A stretch of 63,937 bases of DNA from Pseudomonadota bacterium (GTDB taxonomy: Bacteria > Pseudomonadota > Gammaproteobacteria > Burkholderiales > SG8-39). The translations under genes and the position numbers were made by a program. Of this stretch, positions 44,037 to 53,991 are shown in pieces. Every line of letters begins with the position of its first letter. Position 1 is the stretch's first letter. Below the pieces are notes generated by a model. The model was not told where the DNA came from and ran no database searches. It worked only from the letters and a program-made list of their open reading frames with translations. Location: the NCBI GenBank assembly GCA_031376265.1, contig JANMDK010000362.1, forward strand, positions 1-63,937. Direction: 5' to 3'.

Positions 44037-46921
44037 ATGCGAAGAAAAAGCTCATAGAAGTATCCATGCCGCTGGAGGCAATCAATAAGGAGTCGCTCAG
44101 TAGAAAGCAGAAGGCCCCAAAAGGTTGGCCCACTACGTTTCACAAATGGTGGGCTCAGCGACCGATCGCGGCGGCAAGGGCGGTCATCTTTGCGCAAATG
44201 GTAGACGATCCTTCAGCGAACCCGGATCTCTTCCCAACCGAGAAAAAACAGGAAAAAGAGCGCCAGCGTCTCTTTCGGATAGTCGAAAACCTGGTGCTCT
44301 GGGATAACACGATGGATGCGACGGTCCTACAGGCGGCGAGAGAGGAGATTTGGCAAAGTTGGCGGCGAGCTTGCGCTGGAAACGCCGATCACCCGTTGTC
44401 AAAAACACTTTTCGACCGCAAGAAGCTTCCCCCGTTCCTGGATCCCTTTGCCGGAAGTGGCAGCTTGCCGCTTTCCGCTCAGTGGTTAGGCCTTGAGAGC
44501 TATGCGAGCGACCTTAATCCGGTCGCGGTACTGATAAACAAGGCAATGATTGAAATCCCACCGATTTTCGCCGGAGGACAGCCGATCAATCCTGAGTCCC
44601 GTAAAAGGAAGTCTTTAATTGCTCAAGAAATTAAAGGGGCAAGTGGTCTAGCCGACGATGTTCGCTACTACAGTCAATGGATGCGCGACGAGGCCGAAAA
44701 AGAAATTGGGTACTTGTATCCAAAGATAGTAGTGACTGCTGAAATGGCGAAGGGGCGGCCAGACTTGAAACCCCTCTTGGGCCATAAACTCTTGGTGATT
44801 GCTTGGTTATGGACTCGAACTGTGCGGTGCCCAAATCCCGGATGCGGCTGCGAAATGCCCCTTCTATCTTCGTGCGTGTTGTCTTCGAAGGCCGGACGCG
44901 AGTTCTACTTGGATCCAGTGGTTGAAGGAAAGCGTGTTCGGTTTGGTGTGCAGACCAAACCACCTAAGTCATTGTCCGATCCAAAAAAAGGTTTTAAACG
45001 GGGTATGTCCGGCATCTTCGAGTGCGCGTGTTGCGGCACTGTAACCGCTCGCGACTATGTCGCACAGCAGGCTATGGAGTCCGGCCTCAAGTCAGCCCAA
45101 ACCGCCGTCGTTGCCGATAGTGTTCAGGGGCGGGTGTATCTGTCGGCAGAGGCAAGCCCTGCGCCTAAGAAAGTTCCTCTCGTCGATTCTGTGGGTCTGG
45201 ACATCGAGCTTGCCCCTAATCCCAGGGATGTCTGGTGTAGAAATTTCGGCCTTCATCGCCCCGTTGATCTCTTCACGCCACGTCAGTTAGTGGCAATGGT
45301 GACCTTCTCGGATTTGGTTCAAAAAGCACGTAAACAAGCAAGGCGCGATGCGCTAGCGGCCGGAATGAGCGCTGATAGCGTGCCGCTGCGTGATGGAGGC
45401 ACAGGTGCGAAGGCATACGCCGACGCTATTGCGGTCTATCTGAGTTGCGTGGTGGATCGCATGGCGTACTACGGGACGAGTCTTACCACGTGGTTGCCCA
45501 AAGACAATGCATTGCGAGATTGCATGCCTCGCCAGGCTCTTCCGATGGCCTGGGACTACGCCGAAGGAAATCCGCTCGGTAAGTCGAGCGGGGACATCTC
45601 TACCTGCTCAAGAGCGGTGGCGAATTATCTCGACGTTGCGACAGTAAATGCGCCTGCGCACGGAATACAGGCAGATGCGCAAGCGGGGATCCCTGGTGTC
45701 TCGGGTTTGGTCATCAGTACTGACCCACCCTACTACGACAACATTAGCTATGCCGATTTGTCAGACTTTTTCTATGTTTGGTTGCGACGTTCGCTGCGTC
45801 CGGTTTTTCCGGAGCTCTTTGCCACGCTTGCCGTACCCAAGGCTGAGGAACTCGTAGCCACGCCATATCGGCATGGCAACAAGAAGAAAGCAGAGGCTTT
45901 TTTCCTTGATGGCATGACGCAAGCGATGCATAGCCTAGTACGGCAGACGCATCCGGCATATCCGGTCACCATCTACTACGCGTTCAAGCAATCAGAGAGC
46001 GACGATACCGACGGAACCACGAATACCGGGTGGGACACTTTTCTAGACGCGGTTGTTCGTGCTGGCTTTGCAATTACTGGTACGTGGCCAATGCGGACAG
46101 AAGGCGCGGGCCGGATGGTCGCTTCTGGCACGAATGCTCTCGCCTCGAGCATTGTGCTCGTTTGCCGCCCACGCTCCGCAGACGCGCCGACTGCGAGTCG
46201 CCGGGAATTTGTCGGCGCACTCAAGTCGGAATTGCCAAAGGCTCTCTCATTGCTACAGCGCGGAAATATCGCACCTGTAGATTTGGCACAGGCAGCTATT
46301 GGTCCCGGAATGGCCGTGTATACCCGCTATGCAAAAGTGCTTGACGCGGTCGGTAAGCCACTTTCCGTTCGCGAGGCATTAGCTTTGATAAATTCAACTC
46401 TCGATGAGTCTCTCGCTGAACAGGAGGGGGATTTCGATGCGGATAGCCGTTGGGCGCTCGCATGGTTTGAGCAGCACGGATTCGGCGATGGTGAGTTTGG
46501 AGTGGCAAACGTACTGGCGCAAGCAAAAAATACTGGCATGAACGGTCTTGTTCAGGCTGGGATCGTTGCATCTGGGCGTGGCAAGGTTCGTTTGCTCAGG
46601 CCGAGCGAGCTCCCTGAAGAGTGGGACCCAACCACGGATTTAAGACTTACTGCATGGGAAATCGTGCATCAACTTATCCGTGCCCTCGAAGCAGCAGGCG
46701 AAGGCGCCGCTGCCGCTCTGGTAGCTAAGCTTGGAACGAAGGCGGAAGTCGCACGCGAACTTTGCTACCGTCTATTCACACTTTCCGAGCGTAAGAAGCG
46801 CGCGGCGGAGGCACTCGCCTACAACGGACTGGTTCAAAGTTGGCCAGAGATCACGCGGTTGGCGCGTGAAGGCAATGCGCCGAGAACTTCGAGCACCGCC
46901 GACTTGTTCAAAGAGGAATAA
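44033..46921 (+). CDS. DUF1156-type N6-adenine/N4-cytosine DNA methyltransferase
   Basis: 962 aa. The N-terminal KLIEVSMPLEAINKES...HKWWAQRP is DUF1156-like. AdoMet motif I LDPFAGSGS (44438-44464), catalytic DPPY (45722-45733), and a Cys cluster CPNPGCGC...CACCG (44828-45034). Confidence 0.85.
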   Translation: MNAKKKLIEVSMPLEAINKESLSRKQKAPKGWPTTFHKWWAQRPIAAARAVIFAQMVDDPSANPDLFPTEKKQEKERQRLFRIVENLVLWDNTMDATVLQAAREEIWQSWRRACAGNADHPLSKTLFDRKKLPPFLDPFAGSGSLPLSAQWLGLESYASDLNPVAVLINKAMIEIPPIFAGGQPINPESRKRKSLIAQEIKGASGLADDVRYYSQWMRDEAEKEIGYLYPKIVVTAEMAKGRPDLKPLLGHKLLVIAWLWTRTVRCPNPGCGCEMPLLSSCVLSSKAGREFYLDPVVEGKRVRFGVQTKPPKSLSDPKKGFKRGMSGIFECACCGTVTARDYVAQQAMESGLKSAQTAVVADSVQGRVYLSAEASPAPKKVPLVDSVGLDIELAPNPRDVWCRNFGLHRPVDLFTPRQLVAMVTFSDLVQKARKQARRDALAAGMSADSVPLRDGGTGAKAYADAIAVYLSCVVDRMAYYGTSLTTWLPKDNALRDCMPRQALPMAWDYAEGNPLGKSSGDISTCSRAVANYLDVATVNAPAHGIQADAQAGIPGVSGLVISTDPPYYDNISYADLSDFFYVWLRRSLRPVFPELFATLAVPKAEELVATPYRHGNKKKAEAFFLDGMTQAMHSLVRQTHPAYPVTIYYAFKQSESDDTDGTTNTGWDTFLDAVVRAGFAITGTWPMRTEGAGRMVASGTNALASSIVLVCRPRSADAPTASRREFVGALKSELPKALSLLQRGNIAPVDLAQAAIGPGMAVYTRYAKVLDAVGKPLSVREALALINSTLDESLAEQEGDFDADSRWALAWFEQHGFGDGEFGVANVLAQAKNTGMNGLVQAGIVASGRGKVRLLRPSELPEEWDPTTDLRLTAWEIVHQLIRALEAAGEGAAAALVAKLGTKAEVARELCYRLFTLSERKKRAAEALAYNGLVQSWPEITRLAREGNAPRTSSTADLFKEE

Positions 46922-46927
46922 GGGGCT

Positions 46928-49900
46928 ATGGCTACTACTAACCACGAGCGAGTCGGAAAGGCGCTTGAGCTCTTAAAGGCCGGTCTCGCGCCGTTCGTCG
47001 AGCGCGAATTCAAGAGCGTACACAAAGACCGCGCAACGGCGGAGGCGGCACGGTATTTGGGAGAGGACCGTCAGAACGCGAAGAAAACAATAGCGGATTG
47101 GGACACGGCGGCCCATCTGAAGGTGATGTGGGAGTCCTGGAACGACGTATTCCGAAAGACGCTCGGCCCCTCAGAGCGCAGCCTTGTAAACGAATTGCGC
47201 ACCCATCGCAACAAATGGGCGCATCAAGAAACCTTCTCCAGCGACGACGCCTACCGTGCCCTCGATTCGGCAGGGCGGTTGTTGACCGCGGTATCCGCGC
47301 CTCAGGCCGAAGAAGTCGAGAAGATGAAAATGGAGCTCCTGCGCGTCCGCTTCGACGAGCAGGCGCGTGGCGAGAAGCGCAGGAGCGCCGGACCAGCCAT
47401 CGAGAGCGCGGCAACAAGCAACCTAAAACCCTGGCGGGAGGTGGTGACCCCGCACAAGGACGTGGCGAGCGGGCGGTACAAGCAAGCGGAGTTCGCGGCG
47501 GATTTATGGGAGGTTCACGACGGCCGAGGAAGTGACGAATACAAGAATCCGGTCGAGTTCTTTCGGCGGACGTACCTCACCGAAAGTCTGAAAGGGATGC
47601 TCGCTGGCGCCATGCAGCGGCTCACAACGGGCGGGGGCGACCCGGTAGTGCAGTTGCAGACGAACTTCGGTGGCGGAAAAACGCACTCGATGCTCGCGCT
47701 TTATCACCTGTTCTCGGGCATTGCACCAACCGAGCTGGCCGGAATCGACGCCGTAATGAAGGTTGCGGGAGTGACCAAAGCACCGAAGGCTCACCGCGTG
47801 GTCCTAGTCGGTAACAAGATCTCCCCGGGGAATCCGTCTACCAAGGCCGACGGCACTGTGGTGCGCACCCTCTGGGGAGAGCTGGCATGGCAACTCGGCG
47901 GGAAGAAGGCTTTCGCCCGCATCAAGGCCGATGACGAAAAGGCCACGAGCCCTGGCAAGGTGCTTCGCGAGCTTTTCGACGACCACGGCCCGTGCCTGAT
48001 TCTGATTGACGAGTGGGTAGCGTACGCGCGCCAGCTCCACGACCAGAGTGATCTCCCGGCAGGGGGCTTCGAGACGCAATTCACTTTCGCCCAGGTCCTC
48101 ACCGAAGAAGCCAAGAACGCGAAGAATTGCCTGCTAGTAATCAGCCTGCCGGCGTCGGATACGTCCGGCTCTCCGCACACACAGGCCGACGACGTTGAAG
48201 TTGGCGGCGAGCGTGGGCGCGAGGCGCTCAACCGGCTGCGCAACGTGGTGGACCGTGTGGCCGCATCCTGGCGCCCGGCGAGCGCGGAAGAGGGTTTCGA
48301 GATCGTGCGCCGACGGCTTTTCGAGCCAATCACAGATCAGGAGCACTTTAAGCAGCGTGACGTGGTGGCGCGCGCCTTCGCCGACTTCTACCGGACGCAG
48401 CAGGCCGAATTTCCGCCCGAGACCAGGGATCCTGACTATGAAAGGCGCCTCAAGGCGGCTTATCCGATTCACCCGGAGATCTTTGACCGGCTCTACACCG
48501 ACTGGTCCACCCTTGTGAAATTCCAGCGCACCCGCGGTGTGCTGCGTCTGATGGCCGCGGTGATTCATAGCTTGTGGGAGAAGGGCGACAAGAATCCCCT
48601 CATTCTTCCGGCGAACATCTCCATCGACGATCCACGCGTGCAGTTTGAGCTGACGCACTACCTCTCGGACAATTGGGTACCAGTCATCGAGAAAGACGTA
48701 GACGGGCCGAGCTCACTACCGCTGCGGATCGACAACGATGTGCCGAACCTCGGAAAGTTCTCTGCTTGCCGGCGAGTTGCCCGTGCGATTTACCTTGGCT
48801 CGGCACCTCTCACCCAGGCCTCCCATCGCGGGATCGAGGATCGGCAGGTGAAGCTTGGTTGCGTCATGCCCGGCGAATCCCCCGCTGTCTTTGGAGACGC
48901 GTTGAGGAGGTTGGCGGGGGCGGCGACGTATCTTTATCAGGACGGCCCCCGCTTCTGGTATTCCATACAACCAACGGTCACGAAACTTGCCGAGGACCGC
49001 GCGGAGCAGTTAAAGCGCGACCCTGACAAAGTTGCGCACGAGATCGAGAGGCGCCTGCGCAGCAATTTGAGTCAGGTGGGCAACTTCAGCCGGGTACACC
49101 CGATGCCGCAATCGGGCCAGGACGTCCCCGATGATATGGACTCTCGGTTGGTCGTTCTGGGGGTGAATACGCCCTATAGCAAGGAACCCGACAGTGCGGC
49201 GGAGGTGGCCGCCAAGGCCATATTCGAATCGCGTGGCAATACCCCGCGCCTATATCGAAATACGCTTGTTTTCCTGGCGCCGGACAGTACGCGTCTGCAG
49301 GACCTCGACGAGGCTGCACGCAAGTACCTCGCGTGGGAATCGATTCTTGCCGAGAAGGTGACCCTGAACCTCAATCCTCAGCAGGTTAAGCAATCGGAGA
49401 CCCAGCTCACTGCGGCGGACGCCACGGTGACGGCGAGGGTGCCTGAGACCTACCAGTGGCTTCTCGTGCCGGAGCAAGGAACACCTCAGGCGACCATCGA
49501 GTGGAAGGCTCTTCGAATTGCCGGGCAGGATGCGCTCGCCGTGCGCGCAAGCAAAAAGCTGCGCAACGATGAGCTATTGCTCACCGCGTTCGCGTCCACG
49601 CGACTGAGGATGGACCTCGACCGGGTGCCTTTGTGGCGCGGGGACCATGTGTCGATCAAGCAGCTCGCCGAAGACTTTGCGAGATACCTTTACCTTCCCC
49701 GGCTGCGGGATACGTCGGTGCTTGTCGGCGCCATTCGCGATGGTTTCGGTCTGCTGACTTGGGAGCGGGAGAGCTTCGCCTTTGCAGAGAGTTTCGATGA
49801 GGGCGAGGGCCGTTACCGGGCGCTCCGTGGCGGGCAGGCGGTATTGGTCGACGATGCCCACGCGCCGGGGATGCTGGTGAAGTCGGAGATAGCGCGCAAG

Positions 49901-50275
49901 CAGATGGAGGCGGAGAGCAAGAAGAAGGCGGAGGACGAACAAGGGGACGGAAACACCACCGGCGTTGGGGGGGCGGGAGGTGCTGGAGAGGGGGGAGATA
50001 CCGGCGGATTTTCTCCGCCCGAGCCGCCGCCGAAAGTGCAGCCCAAGCGCTTTCATGGGACGGTTTCGCTCGACGCGACGCGCGTCGGTCGTGACGCCAG
50101 CCGCATCGCAGACGAAGTGATCGCTCATCTTGCCGGCTTGGTAGGCGCAAATGTGACCGTGACACTCGAGATCGAAGCTGCGATTCCTTCTGGGGCCCCG
50201 GACAACGTCGTGCGCACTGTCACCGAAAACGGCCGGACCTTGAAGTTCTTGAGCCAGGGATTCGAGAAGGAGTAG
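46928..50275 (+). CDS. HEPN-fused DUF499 (BrxC/PglY-like) P-loop ATPase
   Basis: 1115 aa. N-terminal RNKWAH Rx4H motif (47207-47224), Walker A GGGKTH (47669-47686), Walker B LILIDEW (about 48008). A Gly-rich linker precedes a conserved-looking C-terminal tail. Confidence 0.85.
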   Translation: MATTNHERVGKALELLKAGLAPFVEREFKSVHKDRATAEAARYLGEDRQNAKKTIADWDTAAHLKVMWESWNDVFRKTLGPSERSLVNELRTHRNKWAHQETFSSDDAYRALDSAGRLLTAVSAPQAEEVEKMKMELLRVRFDEQARGEKRRSAGPAIESAATSNLKPWREVVTPHKDVASGRYKQAEFAADLWEVHDGRGSDEYKNPVEFFRRTYLTESLKGMLAGAMQRLTTGGGDPVVQLQTNFGGGKTHSMLALYHLFSGIAPTELAGIDAVMKVAGVTKAPKAHRVVLVGNKISPGNPSTKADGTVVRTLWGELAWQLGGKKAFARIKADDEKATSPGKVLRELFDDHGPCLILIDEWVAYARQLHDQSDLPAGGFETQFTFAQVLTEEAKNAKNCLLVISLPASDTSGSPHTQADDVEVGGERGREALNRLRNVVDRVAASWRPASAEEGFEIVRRRLFEPITDQEHFKQRDVVARAFADFYRTQQAEFPPETRDPDYERRLKAAYPIHPEIFDRLYTDWSTLVKFQRTRGVLRLMAAVIHSLWEKGDKNPLILPANISIDDPRVQFELTHYLSDNWVPVIEKDVDGPSSLPLRIDNDVPNLGKFSACRRVARAIYLGSAPLTQASHRGIEDRQVKLGCVMPGESPAVFGDALRRLAGAATYLYQDGPRFWYSIQPTVTKLAEDRAEQLKRDPDKVAHEIERRLRSNLSQVGNFSRVHPMPQSGQDVPDDMDSRLVVLGVNTPYSKEPDSAAEVAAKAIFESRGNTPRLYRNTLVFLAPDSTRLQDLDEAARKYLAWESILAEKVTLNLNPQQVKQSETQLTAADATVTARVPETYQWLLVPEQGTPQATIEWKALRIAGQDALAVRASKKLRNDELLLTAFASTRLRMDLDRVPLWRGDHVSIKQLAEDFARYLYLPRLRDTSVLVGAIRDGFGLLTWERESFAFAESFDEGEGRYRALRGGQAVLVDDAHAPGMLVKSEIARKQMEAESKKKAEDEQGDGNTTGVGGAGGAGEGGDTGGFSPPEPPPKVQPKRFHGTVSLDATRVGRDASRIADEVIAHLAGLVGANVTVTLEIEAAIPSGAPDNVVRTVTENGRTLKFLSQGFEKE

Positions 50276-50337
50276 GCGCGGTAGAGAGTAGTAGATTGCT
50301 CGATGCGCCGTCCGTACTATAGCGGGGGCTAGCACTA

Positions 50338-50631
50338 ATGACAAAATCGGAAGTTATCGCACTGATGGCAACGCTTCAGCCGCAGCTGGTGGCGAAAGAC
50401 GCCGAGTACGCGGTCAAAATGATTCTCGATGCGATGGCGCGGACGTTGCGTGAAGGCAATCGAGTCGAGATCCGCGGCTTTGGCAGCTTCGACCTTAACT
50501 ACCGGCCACCACGCAACGGCCGCAATCCGAAATCTGGGGAGAAAGTCCACGTGCCCGAGAAGTACGTCCCGCATTTCAAGGCGGGTAAGGAACTGCGGGA
50601 GCGGATTGAAAGGACGGGTACAGGGACCTGA
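50338..50631 (+). CDS. ihfB: Integration host factor beta-subunit homologue (island copy)
   Basis: 97 aa: [11 protein letters not shown]...[49 protein letters not shown]. Very close to the IhfB pattern. Confidence 0.85.
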   Translation: MTKSEVIALMATLQPQLVAKDAEYAVKMILDAMARTLREGNRVEIRGFGSFDLNYRPPRNGRNPKSGEKVHVPEKYVPHFKAGKELRERIERTGTGT

Positions 50632-50652
50632 TGAAGACGCACAACTGCAAAG

Positions 50653-51144
50653 TTACGTCTCCGCCCTAAACGCAGCGCCGCATTTGGGACACGATACATC
50701 GAGCATCTTGCGCGCCGCGACGCGCAGTTTGGCCGAGCATCGCGGACAATCCACGATCGCGCTATCGGCAGAAAGATTTGGCGACGAGGTTGTAGGCCGC
50801 AAAGGTGGCTCGATCGCATCCGCGGAGGATGCATCAAGCAATCGGTCCGCAACTTGGCGACGAAGCGCATCCACTCGGAGGCGAATATAGAGACCCTCAG
50901 CTTTCGGTTTGTCGCCGTTCGCTTCTGACCAAGCTTTGGCCCATAGCCCTGTACTCAGCTGGCCCCGACTAATCTCCTCTGCAGCTTGCGCGTAGTACGC
51001 CTCCTCGGGGACCTGTTTAGCCTGCCAGCGACTTTTAAACGTTCTCGTTACCGCGTGTGCCTTAATCCTGCGACCGAACAGTCGCCAACCGATCCATCCA
51101 ATAAACGACCAGAAGGCGAGCGCGACAAACACTTCAAAGGACAT
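50653..51144 (-). CDS. Membrane-anchored protein with C-terminal zinc ribbon
   Basis: 163 aa with an N-terminal TM segment (VFVALAFWSFIGWIGWRLF). C-terminal CPRC...CPKC. Confidence 0.55.
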   Translation of the reverse strand: MSFEVFVALAFWSFIGWIGWRLFGRRIKAHAVTRTFKSRWQAKQVPEEAYYAQAAEEISRGQLSTGLWAKAWSEANGDKPKAEGLYIRLRVDALRRQVADRLLDASSADAIEPPLRPTTSSPNLSADSAIVDCPRCSAKLRVAARKMLDVSCPKCGAAFRAET

Positions 51145-51154
51145 GACTTCTCTC

Positions 51155-52606
51155 CTACGGTCTGCCCAGGTCGCGCATAGCCGTGCGTAGAGCGGTGACG
51201 GAATCGTGTCCCAGGGTCTCGTACGCCGCTTTGCGCTTGAGAAGGGTTGCAGTGAATGCTTGGTCGTAACGGGGAGAGTCTGGGTTCATTTCCGGGTATC
51301 GCGATTCGAAGTCTCTTACAGTCGCGTCATATTGTCGCTGTAGCTCTTTGAGATCTACTGGAACTGAGGGCGCGGGTGGCGCGATGGAAGCAGGAGGTGC
51401 GCTTACAGCCTGGGGGGCAGGAGAAGGGGGCTCTTTTGCAGGGGCGAACCATGCAAAGAGGAATACGGGGACCACAATGGCGGCGGTCGTGATTGCTATT
51501 GCGGCATTGCTGACGCCCCCGCTTGCGCGAAGTCGTCGGAGCGCTTCGTCTTGGGGCAGTTGCAAATCTCGGTTGATTCTCTTGCAGATTGAACGGAAAT
51601 AGAGTTTTGTACCGAACACCATAATCGCACTTTGGACCAACAATCCTACTACCGGAATAAAAGACAACGGCAGCGCAATGGCACAGGCGATTGGCATGCG
51701 TCGATATGCGAGCCATAGGAATCCGCCACAAACTCCACCAAAGTTTAGATCCCCCCATTGATTCGCGCGCGCCTGGTGAAGCGCCTCGAAATTCTTCAAG
51801 TAATAGGAGCGGCTGGCGTTCGCACCATACGTGCGTTGGCTGGGCAGGAAAAGTAGGAGAACGAAACCTAATAGTGTGCCGGCCATGGCGCCGATGAGTG
51901 AACCAGTGAGCCAAACAATGCCGGTCGGCTTCTCGGACAGGATATGCGATAAGCCCGCGCCTCCGATTGCACAAATCAACAACGACCAACCTGCAATTCT
52001 GTACCGGACGCGTTTGAGTTCGGTAAGGCGCGAATCTGTTAGTACCTGGTCCGCGAGTTCACCCGCGACGCTCGCGTTGTAGTACGGGCGGGCCTGTTCC
52101 CAAGGTAGCTCACGAATGTCCGCGGGGCGATATTCAGCCTCAGGTGCAGGCTTGCTTCGTTTGCACGCCGTGAATGCGGCAGCCTGCGCAACGGTTTCCG
52201 GACAACCAAGACCGATGAGCGCCGCAGCAATTTCGGATTCGTTGAAGTTCCGGTTGGCTAGCTCAAATGCAAGTTCGAGCATCTGCTCGAAGAACAGGCT
52301 TCTCGAGCTATCGTCGCGTTGCTCCTCGTGCTGTTCGCTGGTACCGGTGGAGCGAGTGGAACCTCTTGGCCCGTTGTCGGTGCGTTGTTGACCCGTTAAC
52401 CAGGCGTCATATTCGTTTCGACGAACAGGGTCGGAAAGAGTGCGGTACGCCTCGCTGAGCTCTTTGAATCGGCGCTCTGCTTCGTCTTTGTTGTTGGGGT
52501 TCCGGTCCGGGTGCCACTTCATGGCCATGCGCCGATAGCCGTCCTTGACCTCCTCCGTACTGGCGTCGGGGCTGACGCCCAGGATCTCGTATAGGGTTTG
52601 CGTCAA
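51155..52606 (-). CDS. J-domain (DnaJ-like) membrane protein
   Basis: 483 aa with a TTG start. J domain [32 protein letters not shown] (HPD motif). Several C-terminal TM segments, including a DUF2628-like stretch [16 protein letters not shown]. Confidence 0.75.
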   Translation of the reverse strand: MTQTLYEILGVSPDASTEEVKDGYRRMAMKWHPDRNPNNKDEAERRFKELSEAYRTLSDPVRRNEYDAWLTGQQRTDNGPRGSTRSTGTSEQHEEQRDDSSRSLFFEQMLELAFELANRNFNESEIAAALIGLGCPETVAQAAAFTACKRSKPAPEAEYRPADIRELPWEQARPYYNASVAGELADQVLTDSRLTELKRVRYRIAGWSLLICAIGGAGLSHILSEKPTGIVWLTGSLIGAMAGTLLGFVLLLFLPSQRTYGANASRSYYLKNFEALHQARANQWGDLNFGGVCGGFLWLAYRRMPIACAIALPLSFIPVVGLLVQSAIMVFGTKLYFRSICKRINRDLQLPQDEALRRLRASGGVSNAAIAITTAAIVVPVFLFAWFAPAKEPPSPAPQAVSAPPASIAPPAPSVPVDLKELQRQYDATVRDFESRYPEMNPDSPRYDQAFTATLLKRKAAYETLGHDSVTALRTAMRDLGRP

Positions 52607-52630
52607 GATTTGTCTCTGAAAATCGTACTT

Positions 52631-52651
52631 ATATGTTGTAAGTCAACATAT
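52631..52651. promoter_or_regulatory. Candidate operator palindrome in the divergent J-protein / XRE intergenic region
   Basis: ATATGTTG-taagt-CAACATAT, with perfect 8-bp arms. Confidence 0.5.
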
Positions 52652-52691
52652 CACGACCTTCCGCCTTTCGCCACGGAGGTCAACCATGGAT

Positions 52692-52709
52692 GTTGCCTAA
52701 GGAGGCAAC
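52692..52709 (+). promoter_or_regulatory. Hairpin enclosing the Shine-Dalgarno sequence of the XRE gene
   Basis: GTTGCCT-aagg-AGGCAAC forms a 7-bp stem. AAGGAGG lies in the loop and 3' arm, and the ATG is at 52714. Confidence 0.4.
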
Positions 52710-52713
52710 CTTT

Positions 52714-53070
52714 ATGGCGGATACGGCGACACCGCGTTTACAGCTTTCTCGCCGGCTCGGTCGGCGGATTGCCGAACGACGAAAAGCGCTGGCCTGGACA
52801 CAGGATCAGCTCGCGGAGCGATTGCGGCTCGATGCGGAGTCCGTTTCGCGATTCGAGCGCGGCGTCACGACGCCCTCGCTTGCTACGCTGGAACGGCTTG
52901 CCAAGGCGCTGAAGGTTCGTGCGGCCGACTTGCTGTCTGAGGCTTCGACCGAACCCACGGATCAGGCGATTCGAATATCGGCGTGGCTGGATGGACTTTC
53001 GGAGCGCGATCGGGCGTTTGCGCTGGAGCAGGTTAAGCGCATGTCCGAGCACTTTCGGAAGAAAACGTAG
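52714..53070 (+). CDS. XRE-family helix-turn-helix transcriptional regulator
   Basis: The ATG at 52714 follows an AAGGAGG RBS. HTH LAWTQDQLAERLRLDAESVSRFERG. Confidence 0.85.
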   Translation: MADTATPRLQLSRRLGRRIAERRKALAWTQDQLAERLRLDAESVSRFERGVTTPSLATLERLAKALKVRAADLLSEASTEPTDQAIRISAWLDGLSERDRAFALEQVKRMSEHFRKKT

Positions 53071-53130
53071 TTTCGGCAGGCCCCATATTCTCCGGCTGAC
53101 AAAACGAGAGCCTCCCGGCTCCGCCCGCCG

Positions 53131-53991
53131 CTAGGTGGCCGTCACGCGCACCTCGATGCGTGATTCCTTCCGGTACTGCTCCAAGTCAACGTCCTTGATC
53201 TGCGGCACGCGCTTGTAGTCCACGGCGCCTTGCTTCAAGAAGCGAGTCACCTTCACGCCTGCGCCGGACTCGCTTGGATGTGAGGCGAGGGCGACGAGGG
53301 CGGCCTTCGCATCCTCCGCAACTGCCGCACTATGCTCCGCGTCCTGCTTCGCTCGAAGGTATGCCTCTGCCGCGGTCCTCCACTCCTCGTCGGTCCGCTC
53401 GCGGGTGTCGCGGTCGGTGAGTGCAGGCGGCGTGTCGGCAGCGATGCACTTCATGAAGGCGTCCCAAGCGGCCCTGATCCGCTCCCAACGCTCAGGCTGA
53501 GGTCGGGCTTCGAGCAGCAGCCCCTCGCCATCCGCGTACACCCACAAGTGAGCCCTGGCCGCGCCGGACACCATCAGCTGGTGATCCATCTGCCAGTCGT
53601 AGTGCTCAGGCACGGTGCCGCTCGCGACGGCCTTCCAAAGCTCTGAGTCCCGACCCTTGAACGGGCATTTGATCTCGAGAATCAGGTCGCCTTCGAGCGT
53701 GATTCCGTCCAGGCTGGCCGAATACTCGCCTTCCACCAGCACGAGCGGCTCCATCACGAGGCCCGATTTCTCCTCGTACGCGAGGCGTGCCGCGCCTTCG
53801 AGCGCGGCGCCGTGCTGCATGGGCTTGGTTACCTTCTGCTCCGCGCGCCCCGTCTTCAGGAGCCAGAGCTGGTACGGCGTCTGCCAGGGCGACACGCCCA
53901 GTACGGCCGCTGTCTCGCTCGCGTTGCGGCTCTTCGCGCGGTGTGCGTGCCACTCCGCGGTGCCCTGCACGAGGTTCAGGATCGCGCTCAT
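53131..53991 (-). CDS. YqaJ-like viral recombinase exonuclease
   Basis: 286 aa: QGTAEWHAHRAKSRNASETAAVLG...SLDGI...LEIKCP (PD-(D/E)xK). Confidence 0.85.
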   Translation of the reverse strand: MSAILNLVQGTAEWHAHRAKSRNASETAAVLGVSPWQTPYQLWLLKTGRAEQKVTKPMQHGAALEGAARLAYEEKSGLVMEPLVLVEGEYSASLDGITLEGDLILEIKCPFKGRDSELWKAVASGTVPEHYDWQMDHQLMVSGAARAHLWVYADGEGLLLEARPQPERWERIRAAWDAFMKCIAADTPPALTDRDTRERTDEEWRTAAEAYLRAKQDAEHSAAVAEDAKAALVALASHPSESGAGVKVTRFLKQGAVDYKRVPQIKDVDLEQYRKESRIEVRVTAT

